Assembly: GCA_963769935.1 (NCBI GenBank)
Contig: CAVYNY010000021.1
Span: forward strand, 1-64,000
DNA length: 64,000 nucleotides
Reading direction: 5' to 3'
Origin: an uncultured delta proteobacterium
Lineage (GTDB): Bacteria > Desulfobacterota > Desulfobacteria > Desulfobacterales > JAFDCJ01
The notes beneath the pieces were generated by a model. That model searched no databases. It saw only the letters and a list, made by a program, of their open reading frames with translations, and was not told where the DNA came from. The position numbers were made by a program, and so were the translations under genes. Each line of letters begins with the position of its first letter. Within the stretch, counting starts at the first letter, position 1. Of this stretch, positions 8,068 to 17,795 are shown one piece after another.

Positions 8068-8503
8068 AGCCGACGCCTTTTAAGAATTCCTTGTCGAATT
8101 CATCCCTAAAATATCTGAAATCCAGATATAATTTTACGGTTTTTTCGATAAAATCTTTAAGAACGTCAGAATCCGAGCAAAAAAGAAGTTTTCCCGATTT
8201 GATGATATTATAAGAAAAGCGCATAGGTGCATCATTCATTAAAACAAGATCTATTTCGTCGGTCTCAAAATGGTCATTAAAAACGCCTATCAGCTCAAGA
8301 TGTTTATCAAATTTTTGCTCTCGATCGAAAGTGGGTGAGACAAGAATCCCAAAGTCAAGATCACTCAATGGTTTTAAATCACCCCTGGCTAAACTTCCAA
8401 AAGAGAAAAGAGCGACAATCTCCTTATCTTTGGATATCCGATTTATTAATTCCGGAATACGATCCACAATATGGGGAGGCAGTCTGCGGCCTTCGCGTAT
8501 CAT
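8051..8503 (-). CDS. Orphan MntA-type nucleotidyltransferase antitoxin
   Basis: FGSLARGDLKPLSDLD, EIDLVLMNDAP, YLDF; overlaps both neighbours; no HepT partner. Confidence 0.88.
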   Translation of the reverse strand: MIREGRRLPPHIVDRIPELINRISKDKEIVALFSFGSLARGDLKPLSDLDFGILVSPTFDREQKFDKHLELIGVFNDHFETDEIDLVLMNDAPMRFSYNIIKSGKLLFCSDSDVLKDFIEKTVKLYLDFRYFRDEFDKEFLKGVGYEITI

Positions 8504-9663
8504 GATTTCACATTTCCAATGGTTTCGACTATTTTTTGTTGTTCTTCTTCCGATAAATATGGGTGCATCGGCAGACTGAAAATCCGGCCGGCGGATTCTT
8601 CACTGACTGCGAAATCGCCGGTTTGATAACCAAGATAGGAAAAAGCAGTTTGAAGGTGCAGCGGTTTCGGATAATAAACGGCTGTGGGAATACCGGCTTC
8701 TTTAAGTTGTTTTTGGAGTTCATCGCGATGTGGCCCATCCTTGGCGAGAATAGAATATTGGGCCCAGGCACTCAGATAAGATACGGGAACGACAGGCGGC
8801 TGAATGTCGGCTGCAGATTGAAGTAAGCGCGTGTATCTTGATGCGACCGTTTGGCGCAGCTCGATTTCTTCCGGAAAAATATCGAATTTGGCCAGCAAAA
8901 TGGCTGCCTGAAACGTATCCAGGCGACCGTTTATACCGATCCGGATGTTGTCATACTTATGATGACCTTTCCCATGCACTCTGACCGACTGCATAAAGTC
9001 TGCCAGGCGGTCGTCATTGGTAAAACACATGCCCCCGTCGCCATAGCATCCCAGCGGCTTGGCCGGGAAAAAAGAGGTACAGGCAATGTCGCCGAAAGCG
9101 CAGGCCTGGCGCCCGTTTAATTTCCCGCCGAAGGATTGAGCGGCATCTTCGATGACAAAAAGCTTTTCTCCTTCAGCGATCTTTTCTATTTTTTCATAAT
9201 TGGCCGGAAGCCCGAACAGGTCAACCGCAATTATGCCCTTGGGTTGGAGCACGGAGTGAATTTGTGGGATCGGGTGAATCGAGGGGTCATTTTTTTTAAC
9301 TGCCTGAACGGCGAGCTCAAGTTGGGACGGATCGATATTATAGGTCTGCGGATCAACATCGACAAATACCGGTGTTGCGCCAAGCAGGCTGATAACTTCG
9401 GCGGTGGCGATAAATGTAAACGGTGAGGTGAAGACGGCATCTCCGGGTCCGACATGGTAGGCCATCAGCGCCATCAACAGCGCATCGGTGCCCGAAGCGC
9501 AGCCGATTGCATTGCCTACGCCGACATAATCCGCCAAACGATCTTCTAGTTCCTTGACCTCCGGACCCATGATGTACTTGCCATGGTTGAGCACCGTCGC
9601 GATATTTGCTTCGATTTTGTCTCTGATACGTTTCTGCTGGGCAGCCAGGTCGATGAATTGCAT
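8500..9663 (-). CDS. DegT/DnrJ/EryC1/StrS aminotransferase (WbpE-like)
   Basis: MQFIDL, ASGTDAL, IEDAAQS, SFFPAKPLGCYGDGG. Confidence 0.95.
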   Translation of the reverse strand: MQFIDLAAQQKRIRDKIEANIATVLNHGKYIMGPEVKELEDRLADYVGVGNAIGCASGTDALLMALMAYHVGPGDAVFTSPFTFIATAEVISLLGATPVFVDVDPQTYNIDPSQLELAVQAVKKNDPSIHPIPQIHSVLQPKGIIAVDLFGLPANYEKIEKIAEGEKLFVIEDAAQSFGGKLNGRQACAFGDIACTSFFPAKPLGCYGDGGMCFTNDDRLADFMQSVRVHGKGHHKYDNIRIGINGRLDTFQAAILLAKFDIFPEEIELRQTVASRYTRLLQSAADIQPPVVPVSYLSAWAQYSILAKDGPHRDELQKQLKEAGIPTAVYYPKPLHLQTAFSYLGYQTGDFAVSEESAGRIFSLPMHPYLSEEEQQKIVETIGNVKS

Positions 9664-9667
9664 GTTA

Positions 9668-10390
9668 TCAGCTCCTTGCTGTTCTCACTTCATCTTTTAT
9701 CCGTTTCACATGGCCCCGGCCCAGACCTTTGACTTCACATCCCAGCTCGAAGTAGCGCCGGATGTGATCGTCATTGAGAATGCCGAAGCAATCGATGACG
9801 GCCAGCGGTTTGCCGGCCGTTTCGACGATTTGATCGGGGTCGAGCGCCAGATATTCGCGGTGCCGAACGGCCATGACCATTGCATCGGCACCCTTAAGCG
9901 TTTCTGCCACGGTTTCCATCATACGCATTTCACTGAGCCTCTCCTGGTTGCGGAAAAACCGGGCCAGGGAGTGGTCGGGAGACGGATAGGTATCCTGCTT
10001 TTCCATCTCCCACCAGTGCCTGACGTATGGATCGTGAGCCACAACATCCGCTCCCATTTCGGTCAGTTTGCGAACAATTACCTCCGAGCCGCTGTAGCGG
10101 GTGTCACCGACATCCTGCCGGTAGGAAACGCCGAGAACCGCGATTTTGCAGGTTTCACTCTCTACCGGTCGATCCAGCACCGTCAGTGGGTATTTGTCCA
10201 CATGGAGCACTTCACTGAGAAATTTTGTGACCCGGTTTCTGGCCGTTTCGTTGATACCGCTGCACACCCGCCAAAAATCCCGAATCGAAGCCACATAGTC
10301 CCGGCCCGGCATCACACGTTCAAATGAGTGCGCCAGGAGGGGCTCAGCATTCTCCAAGCCTCGTTTTTGAAACGCTTTTTTCAATGACAT
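9668..10390 (-). pseudogene. UDP-glucose/GDP-mannose dehydrogenase family remnant with in-frame deletions
   Basis: HSFERVMPG..ESETCK joined to IAVLGVSYRQDVGDTRYS; lacks the N-terminal Rossmann GxG motif and the central catalytic-Cys segment. Confidence 0.75.
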
Positions 10391-10417
10391 ATTTTTTTGC
10401 TCCTATACGAGTGACCA

Positions 10418-10482
10418 GGGACAGACGACAGATGGCAGAGGACAGAAAAAAGAGTTCATAGCTGATGGCTCATAGTTCATAG
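10418..10482. repeat. Heptamer tandem repeats (ACAGA.. and TCATAGC)
   Basis: ACAGACGACAGATGGCAGAGGACAGA; GTTCATAGCTGATGGCTCATAGTTCATAGC. Confidence 0.7.
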
Positions 10483-10669
10483 CCAAAAGACGCTGATAAA
10501 TCTGTTTATAACTGCGGGGATGGCTCCGCCCGGTGGATTACAGCTGCAGGCATGAATCCGTCTTGCGAAATAATAAAATTTTCGATGGTTTCAATATCCA
10601 ACATCTTGTGGTCGAAACAATATTATTGACCATATTTTGTATCTCAAGTCAAGGTTAAATATAAGTTAA

Positions 10670-10705
10670 AGAATGCCTAAATTGCGCTAAAATGCCTAAA
10701 ATTAA
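10670..10705. repeat. ATGCCTAAA nonamer repeat
   Basis: Same unit as 15181-15260. Confidence 0.7.
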
Positions 10706-10747
10706 GGTTGCTGATAATTATATAAAAAAAAGCGAAGCATAAAATAA

Positions 10748-11329
10748 TTAATTAATCTCGATCACCAATTCAGCGGCGATCTCGTTTTGCATGATTTTTT
10801 GTAGAGCAGATTCTCTTGAATCTATGGTAGTTATGAGAATGCGGTCGAATGCAATTCTATTTAGACGGTCCGGATCGGCCACAATTTGTTTCATAAACCG
10901 TTGGCCTTTTTTCTTATCATCGACGATCGCCGCTAATTGAATCGGAGTTTCCTGCAGCGAAATATAGGCTATTTCGGCCAGATCACCGGCCCCATAAAAT
11001 ACGATGCGTTGGATACCTTTTTTTTCTAAATCAGCACAAAGTTTGCGCAGCTTTTGGCGGGCATCTTTGTAAAAGCTGTAGGAATGCTGGATGTATTTGT
11101 ATGTCAGACGAGTTTTCTCGGCAGCTCCACTGGGTGTGAGGATGTACTTGATTCTGTTTTTCGGAATCGTTGTAATTTTGACGAAGCCCTTTGTGACCAG
11201 CCGCTTGATGAAAGAATTCACCAGCCCGAGTGATATATTCAGTTCACCGGCTAAATCCCTCTGGCTGGGCGTCTTCCCATTGTCGACCCTCTCAAGAATT
11301 TTTAATGTACGCAGGTCTCTGGCATCCAT
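10748..11329 (-). CDS. EPS-associated MarR/winged-helix transcriptional regulator with C-terminal Rossmann-like domain
   Basis: SQRDLAGELNISLGLVNSFIKRL, YILTPSG, VFYGAGDLAE. Confidence 0.88.
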   Translation of the reverse strand: MDARDLRTLKILERVDNGKTPSQRDLAGELNISLGLVNSFIKRLVTKGFVKITTIPKNRIKYILTPSGAAEKTRLTYKYIQHSYSFYKDARQKLRKLCADLEKKGIQRIVFYGAGDLAEIAYISLQETPIQLAAIVDDKKKGQRFMKQIVADPDRLNRIAFDRILITTIDSRESALQKIMQNEIAAELVIEIN

Positions 11330-11364
11330 GGGGTTAAAAAGGTGGCAAAGTAATAGATATTGCC

Positions 11365-11440
11365 GGTTAGTTGGTGAGTTGCTAAGACGGTAAGCTCGTG
11401 AGCTCGTAAGCTGTTAAGTTCGTGAGTTGGTGAGCTATAA
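11365..11440. repeat. Octamer tandem repeat (GTGAGCTC/GTAAGCTC)
   Basis: GTAAGCTCGTGAGCTCGTAAGCTGTTAAGTTCGTGAGTTGGTGAGCT. Confidence 0.7.
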
Positions 11441-11553
11441 TCATAGCTCCGCCCGGTAAGCTACATAAAAGAGGTTATGTAGATCATTCCAAGGGGAAAA
11501 GAGATGGGTTTTGAAACGCATTGGTGTCCCGCATTGGTGTCCATGGGGTGGAC

Positions 11554-11568
11554 GTTCATTATCTGAAC
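11554..11568. promoter_or_regulatory. Palindromic operator candidate upstream of the MarR regulator
   Basis: GTTCA-TTATC-TGAAC, downstream of a minus-strand TTGACA at about 11584-11589. Confidence 0.4.
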
Positions 11569-11722
11569 AAAATTAGAGGCAAGTGTCAAGTAATTATTTG
11601 ATATTTTTTAAAAACAGGCAGTTTCTAAGCCCAAACCTGTTTTTAATGTTGAAAGACGCGCTAAGTTATGATCTAATTTGGATATAACTTGGAAGGCACT
11701 TGAGGGAAAGGAAATACAGGTT

Positions 11723-12124
11723 ATGGAACGTATCCTTATTATTGACGATGAGCCCCAAATACGCTCAATGCTCAGGCTTATGCTGGAGCGCGACGGATAT
11801 GAAGTCGATGAAGCTCCTGATGGAATTGAAGGAATTAGGGTTTACCGCCAAAATCCGGCAGATCTGATCATCACCGATCTGATTATGCCGAACAAAGACG
11901 GGATTGGTATGATAATCGAATTAAAAAAAGAGTTTCCGGACGTAAAAATTATCGCAATGTCCGGAGGCGGTTTGAACAAACCCGATGGCTATCTTAAAGG
12001 AGCCAAAAAACTTGGTGCGGCCTGCACGTTAACCAAGCCGATTGATCGCGAAGAAATGTTAAGAGCGGTAAAAAATACACTTAAAGGTTCCAAAGTCCGG
12101 GTTGTTCCACCGGAGTCTGAATGA
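11723..12124 (+). CDS. Single-domain response regulator (CheY-like)
   Basis: ILIIDDE, DLIITDLIMPNKDG, AMSGG, TKP. Confidence 0.92.
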   Translation: MERILIIDDEPQIRSMLRLMLERDGYEVDEAPDGIEGIRVYRQNPADLIITDLIMPNKDGIGMIIELKKEFPDVKIIAMSGGGLNKPDGYLKGAKKLGAACTLTKPIDREEMLRAVKNTLKGSKVRVVPPESE

Positions 12125-12130
12125 ATAAAA

Positions 12131-12883
12131 GTGAAAGAGTTCTTTGCTGCATGCCTGATAGTGTGTTTCAGCGCGTTCACTGCCGAGGCGGATATCATCT
12201 ATTTTAAAGACGGCTTGAAAACGATCTGCCAGGAACGGGCCTGGGAAGAAGGTGACCAAGTAAAATGCGAGTACGCCGGCTGGGTGATTACCTATCAAAA
12301 AGCAGAAGTCCTGCGGATTTTAAACACAACACCGCCCAAGAAGCATACAGCCGAAATTGAAAAAAAGACTCAGACCAGTCAAAAAGTAGAGGCGGCGCCG
12401 AAAGCCCCCGCCAAAATCAGCCCACCGAAGAAAAATGGAGTGGCCTTCTATGACCCGCGAAGACCGCAAAAGTACTGGTTGGATGAAAATTCCAAGTATG
12501 ACAACTACCATGATGCAATTCAGGCCCTTGCCAAAAAATACAACCGCTCGCCGGAGTGGATTCAAGCCCACATGGGCGACAGCAACGATTTAGAAGAGAT
12601 TCATCGAAATCTTGCCGATCCCAATTTGGACGTGCAAATGCCCGAGGTGAGTCCCAAGGCCGGCGAAGCATCCGGCCTAGTTTTCTACAATCCGAGAAGA
12701 ACCTATCCATATTGGACAGACGCGTCCGAAAAATTCAAAAGCTACAAAGAAGCCATCCAAGCCCTTGCACAAAAATACGACAGACCCCGGGAGTGGATTC
12801 AAAAATATATGGGGCCGACCAATGATCTTGCTGAAATTCATCGGAACCTGCAAACCCGGAAGGCCGCCGAATCCCCCGAATGA
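12131..12883 (+). CDS. Secreted hypothetical protein with duplicated domain
   Basis: Signal peptide (AEA|DIIYFKDG); two ~56-aa repeats FY(D/N)PRR..YW..AIQALA.KY.R..EWIQ..MG..NDL.EIHRNL. Confidence 0.8.
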   Translation: MKEFFAACLIVCFSAFTAEADIIYFKDGLKTICQERAWEEGDQVKCEYAGWVITYQKAEVLRILNTTPPKKHTAEIEKKTQTSQKVEAAPKAPAKISPPKKNGVAFYDPRRPQKYWLDENSKYDNYHDAIQALAKKYNRSPEWIQAHMGDSNDLEEIHRNLADPNLDVQMPEVSPKAGEASGLVFYNPRRTYPYWTDASEKFKSYKEAIQALAQKYDRPREWIQKYMGPTNDLAEIHRNLQTRKAAESPE

Positions 12884-12972
12884 GTCTCGAGGACATTTGA
12901 CAAAGCTGCATATTTTTCGTACAATGACGGAAAAATATATTGTGATATAACATATTTAGATTATTAAGGAAG

Positions 12973-13530
12973 TTGTTTATGCCAATCTTGAATCGGGATC
13001 TGGTAGTGGTAATTAAGTTTGTAACCAGCTGTATTACTGCCGGTTTCTTAATTTTTTTCATTTCGGCGCTGAGTGGCGAGGATCTATTCAAGAACCAGAA
13101 AACCATCACAGGTTTGGATGCGCTTCAATCCGAGATAACGACCGAACTGGACGGCGGTATCGACCAGCGGGTCAAACGCCTCGGCGAGGTACCGGAAGTA
13201 AACCCTTACCGAAAATTTTACTGCGCCGAGCTGGCCAAAGAGATTCACGAAGTTTCTTATATCACCGAAAAGCAGAAAATCGCATTTGATGCCTATAATG
13301 TCCGGGATTTTGAACAGAAATCCGTGCGCCTGGTCAACTTTTCGGAAGCCGGTGATCTGAAAAACTTGCTCAATGAGCTGGAAATAGTGAAGCGCGAATT
13401 GAAAAATTCCGCGAACCTGATTGATAAAAATCGCCAAAAACTCATTCGCCAGCGAACCGCCTACATCGTCCTGTTTTTCGTTCTCTGGCTGGCTATTTAT
13501 TTCTATTACGGCCGCGGTGTATTGAGATAG
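12973..13530 (+). CDS. Hypothetical membrane protein (two TM helices, coiled periplasmic part)
   Basis: N- and C-terminal hydrophobic helices; 6 nt upstream of exeA-like gene. Confidence 0.75.
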   Translation: MFMPILNRDLVVVIKFVTSCITAGFLIFFISALSGEDLFKNQKTITGLDALQSEITTELDGGIDQRVKRLGEVPEVNPYRKFYCAELAKEIHEVSYITEKQKIAFDAYNVRDFEQKSVRLVNFSEAGDLKNLLNELEIVKRELKNSANLIDKNRQKLIRQRTAYIVLFFVLWLAIYFYYGRGVLR

Positions 13531-13536
13531 CAGCGT

Positions 13537-15169
13537 ATGTACGAAACATACTATAATTTAAAAGCAATGCCGTTTCAGATAACCACGGATCCGCGGTTCC
13601 TCTGGCTCGGTGAAAAACACTCCGAAGCATTGGCCACCCTGAAATACGGTATTCTGGAAAACAAAGGGTTTTTGCTGCTTACCGGCGATGTTGGTACGGG
13701 AAAAACCGCCTTGATAAATCGCCTCGTAAAAATGATTGATGTTGCCGCCATTGTTGCCAAAGTGCCGGATCCGGGATTGAGCAGCATTGATTTCTTCAAC
13801 TTTTTGGCCATCGAATTTAAAATGAACAAAAAATTCGACAGCAAAGGGGCATTTCTCATCCATCTGAAAAATTTTCTGCACAAAGCCTACAAGGATCACA
13901 AGAGGGTGCTGCTGATTATTGATGAGGCCCAGCGGTTGAATCATGAACTGCTCGAACAAATAAGGCTGCTTTCCAATATCGAACTGCAGAACAGGAAATT
14001 AATCAACATTTTCTTTGTCGGGCAGACCGAATTCGGTGAGATGCTGATGGAGGATAGAAACAGAGCTGTGCGGCAGCGCATAACCGTCAGCTACCACATC
14101 GAACCCTTAACCGAAGCCGAAGCCGGCGAGTACATCAAACACCGCCTTAAGGTAGCCGGTTCTGTAAAGGAAATTTTCAGCAAAGATGCGGTACGCGAAA
14201 TTTTTTCCTTCGCAAACGGCTATCCGCGTTTGATCAATATCATTTGCGATCATGCTATGCTGACCGGCTATGCCTCAGGCCTAAAGTCAATCGACAAGAA
14301 AGTAATCCAGGAATGTGAGCGCGAGCTTCAACTACCCATTGAGGTTGGCGTTGAGAATAAAAATGGCCGCGCCGCATCGGCGCCGCACCAAACAAAGCGA
14401 TCGACGCCATCGCCGGAAAAATCCTCCCGATTAGTAAAAATGGCGGCCATGGCTGCGCTGATTATGCTGCTGGTTTTCGGGATTTACTATTTTACCAGTG
14501 AACAATCCGCTGTTACCCCCCGCTGGTCGATGGAAGAAATTGCTCCCCAGGAATATAAGGGACCGCTGCCGAATGATTCAAAGGCTTCACAAAACACCAA
14601 CGTTAAAGTGAGCGAGTTGAAAGAAGTCCAGCCGATAAAGGATGCACCCCTGGAAGAAAAAGCGATAAGAAAAGAAATCCAGCAACCGGCCGACAATAAT
14701 TCGTCAAACCGGCAGATCCAGGCGCCGGTTGAGAATGAAACGCCTGGGACACCGGTGCAGCAGCCTGCGCCGGCACCATCGGAAAAAACGAATGAAACGT
14801 TGAGCACGAAACAGGAAGTAACACCCTTTCCGGAACGAAAAATTATAATTTATTTCAAATTTAATTCGAATGACCTTCCCGATCAATCCTATGAGGCGCT
14901 GAATCGGATTGCCGGCTTCCTGCTGCAAAATCCCTCCGCCAGCATCGACATCAAAGGGTATACGGATTCGACGGGCAGCTACACCTATAATAAAAGTGTA
15001 TCCGAGTTTAGGGCCAATACCATCAAAACCTATCTGGTCGGCAAAGGGGTGTCCGGCATCCAAAATCAAAGCGGTCGGGTTGGGACCTGAAAATCCACTG
15101 GCTGCGAATAGCACTGAGGAGGGCCGGCAGAAAAACCGGCGGGTGGAGATCGAGCTTAATATGGAGTAA
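13537..15169 (+). CDS. ExeA/GspA-type AAA ATPase with C-terminal OmpA-like peptidoglycan-binding domain; frameshift near 15050
   Basis: MYETYYNL..PF, GDVGTGKT, IIDEAQ, GYPRLINIICD; OmpA motifs GYTDSTG, LGPENP, GRQKNRRVEI. Confidence 0.9.
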
Positions 15170-15180
15170 AGACGTAAAAG

Positions 15181-15260
15181 AAATGCCTAAAATGATCTAA
15201 ATTGCCTAAATTGCCTAAAATGCCTAAAATGATCTAAATTGCCTAAAATGCCTAAAATGA
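15181..15260. repeat. Nonamer tandem repeat (A/T)TGCCTAAA between convergent genes
   Basis: About 8 units. Confidence 0.85.
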
Positions 15261-15343
15261 ATGTATCTTATCAATTTACCTAAAGATTCCGCAAAACCAA
15301 ATCCTAACCACCGAACACTAAATACCAAATGCCAACCACAAAG

Positions 15344-15817
15344 TTAAGCACCAAAATTATATTGTGTTTTCAAAAGCTGCCGGGTCTTTGAACTGACGTT
15401 TAAAGAGGCCATCTCATCCGACGACACCCAGCGTGCAGCTGAGGCGTCATCCCCCGCCCGGATGTCTCCCCGGACATAGTCCGCTATCAAATCAACGATT
15501 ACGTAGTGGAATCTGGTGCGGCCGGATGAATCCCGCTCAATAAAATCAAAGGTGTAAACCGGTTTCAAGGCCTGAATGATAATGCCGGTCTCCTCGAATA
15601 TCTCCCGCTCGGCAGCTGCCGGCAAGGTTTCACCGATTTCCACACTGCCGCCGGGTATGGCCCACAGATCTTCCGCCGGGGGTTTGCCCCTTCGGACCAG
15701 AAGAACCTTATGGTCCTTGAATACAATGGCGCCGACGGCGACCCGAGGGAGGATCGGATACTCACCCGTCCCATTCGGCGAAGTCGGTTTCAAGGAATTC
15801 AGACCTCTTATAAGCAC
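15344..15817 (-). CDS. NUDIX hydrolase
   Basis: Nudix box PGGSVEIGETLPAAAEREIFEETG. Confidence 0.93.
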   Translation of the reverse strand: MLIRGLNSLKPTSPNGTGEYPILPRVAVGAIVFKDHKVLLVRRGKPPAEDLWAIPGGSVEIGETLPAAAEREIFEETGIIIQALKPVYTFDFIERDSSGRTRFHYVIVDLIADYVRGDIRAGDDASAARWVSSDEMASLNVSSKTRQLLKTQYNFGA

Positions 15818-15848
15818 ATTAAAGTTAATTCGCCAATGGGCTCAATTT

Positions 15849-17471
15849 TTAATTCAACCAGTAAGGATTAATCAGATCTTCAAATATGGTCATGGCGGCT
15901 TCAGCTCCCTGACCGGATGCGGTGACGATCTGTTTGTAGCCGCCCTCAACATCGCCGGCGGTATAGATCCCGGGGACATTGGTGCGGTGCCTGCCGTCGT
16001 GCTTAATATAGCCGTCCGCGTTAATTTCCAGCCCCAGTTTCTCGGCCAGTTCAACGGCCGGCGTATATCCGATCGCAATGAACACACCGTCGGTCTTAAA
16101 CGTGGAAGTTTTACCGGTCTTGCTATTTACCAGGAGAATCTCTTTTACCCGTTCCTCACCCCGGATCTCTTTTATTTCAGAATTCCAGAGCACCTGGATG
16201 TTGTTGTCAACCAGCTGCTTGACCAAAAAATCCTGCGCTCTTAATTTGTCCCGCCGGTGGATCAAGGTGACATCAACCCCCATATGATACAAATGCAGGC
16301 CTTCCGTCACAGCGCTGTTGCCGCCGCCCACCATCACAACTTTTTTCCCTTTAAACAGCGGACCGTCACAGGTGCTGCAGTAGCTGACGCCTCTGCCTGA
16401 AAGCCGGGATTCACCGGGAACACCCAAATGTCGATGAGTTGCTCCGGTGGCTAAAAGGACGGTCTTTGTCAGAAACTTTCTGCGGTTGGTCACTACGGTA
16501 ATTGGGTTGCCGGCCTCCACACCCATAACGGCTTCTCCCTGAAATATCTGAACATACTGCAGGGCGTGACTTACCATGATATCCACCAGCGTCTTGCCGC
16601 CGACCGAAGTAAAGCCCGGATAGTTTTCAACAATCGGTGTCGTCGCCACCTGGCCCCCCAGTGCTTCGCGTTCAACCACGGCTGTACGCAAGCCGCTGCG
16701 GACTGCATAAATTCCGGCCGTCAACCCGGCCGGCCCGCCGCCGATGATGAGCAAATCAGTTTCAACCAATTCGGCATCACTGTCAGGGATAAAAATGGTC
16801 TGCGGCTCCAATTTCAGCAGCGAAAGGATAAAGACCTCTTCGGGTTGAGCACCTTGACCGATCAGGATATCATTGGCAAAGGCCTGGGGTACGCTCTGGG
16901 CTGCATATTGAAGGGCCAGCTCCGGTTCGCTCTGAATATCTATGATCTCAAGGGAGATGAATTCGGGCATTTCAACGGCTGCTTTAACGGCATTGACGGC
17001 CTGCTGTGGACAATAGGGACAGGTTGGACTGACAAATACTTTTATGTTTCTTGGCGAATCAATTTTTTTAATGACATTCAGGGACTGGTCACTGAGGTGA
17101 CTCTGGCCGAGTCCGACCAAAATCAGAACTTCAAGAAATGTTCGCGCTTCCTCCCCGAGGGGCGCACCGAGCCAACGAATGGAATAGCTCTCCGGTGCTA
17201 TCAACAACGTGGGGGACTTGGTGATGTTGTATTTTTTGGCCAGCTCGTGATCTAAATCAAATTCTCGCAGAGTTATTCTCGCGCTCAGTTCCCGAAAGGC
17301 CCTGATCACCTGTCGATTACCATGGGTAAAGGTATCTTCATGCCCTTTGGCCGTGAAAAGATAAAGCGTGATGTCATTCGGAAGTTGCTCAAACGTCTCT
17401 TTCAGCTGTTTCAGGTAGGCCTGGCTGGCCATATCGCTTTGAGAGGCCTCGCTATTGATCGTATCTTGCAT
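15849..17471 (-). CDS. Thioredoxin reductase with N-terminal PDO/AhpF-like thioredoxin domains
   Basis: CPYC; GGGPAG; GVSYCSTCD; GGGNSA; AGD. Confidence 0.92.
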   Translation of the reverse strand: MQDTINSEASQSDMASQAYLKQLKETFEQLPNDITLYLFTAKGHEDTFTHGNRQVIRAFRELSARITLREFDLDHELAKKYNITKSPTLLIAPESYSIRWLGAPLGEEARTFLEVLILVGLGQSHLSDQSLNVIKKIDSPRNIKVFVSPTCPYCPQQAVNAVKAAVEMPEFISLEIIDIQSEPELALQYAAQSVPQAFANDILIGQGAQPEEVFILSLLKLEPQTIFIPDSDAELVETDLLIIGGGPAGLTAGIYAVRSGLRTAVVEREALGGQVATTPIVENYPGFTSVGGKTLVDIMVSHALQYVQIFQGEAVMGVEAGNPITVVTNRRKFLTKTVLLATGATHRHLGVPGESRLSGRGVSYCSTCDGPLFKGKKVVMVGGGNSAVTEGLHLYHMGVDVTLIHRRDKLRAQDFLVKQLVDNNIQVLWNSEIKEIRGEERVKEILLVNSKTGKTSTFKTDGVFIAIGYTPAVELAEKLGLEINADGYIKHDGRHRTNVPGIYTAGDVEGGYKQIVTASGQGAEAAMTIFEDLINPYWLN

Positions 17472-17736
17472 CGTGCATATCTCCTTGTAATCGTTTAATT
17501 CAATCCCATACTTTAAGGATCGGAACCCCGTGTGTCAACTGACAGTAAAAGATTGCCGTCTAGACTTCGCGGAAAGAGGGGGGGCTGGTCTTGACCACCG
17601 GCGTGAAGAAGCGCTGCAGGAAGAAATTCAGAAAGTGAAGAACACTGGCTCAGAGGCCCCGCCGAGGGAAAGGTTTAACTTTACCCCAGAGACGTGGTTT
17701 TTGCCGTCAGACAACCCATAGAATAATGGAACGGTG

Positions 17737-17770
17737 GCCTCCGACTCGTAGAGCCTACGGATCGGAGAGA
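17737..17770. repeat. REP-like hairpin
   Basis: CTCCGA-C-TCGTAG-AGC-CTACGG-A-TCGGAG. Confidence 0.5.
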
Positions 17771-17795
17771 AAAATGGAATATTAGAATATATGGG

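Noticed and set aside
17530..17721. 63-aa plus-strand ORF between trxR and ispD
   Set aside because: Could be a small gene, but there is no motif or clear start to support it.
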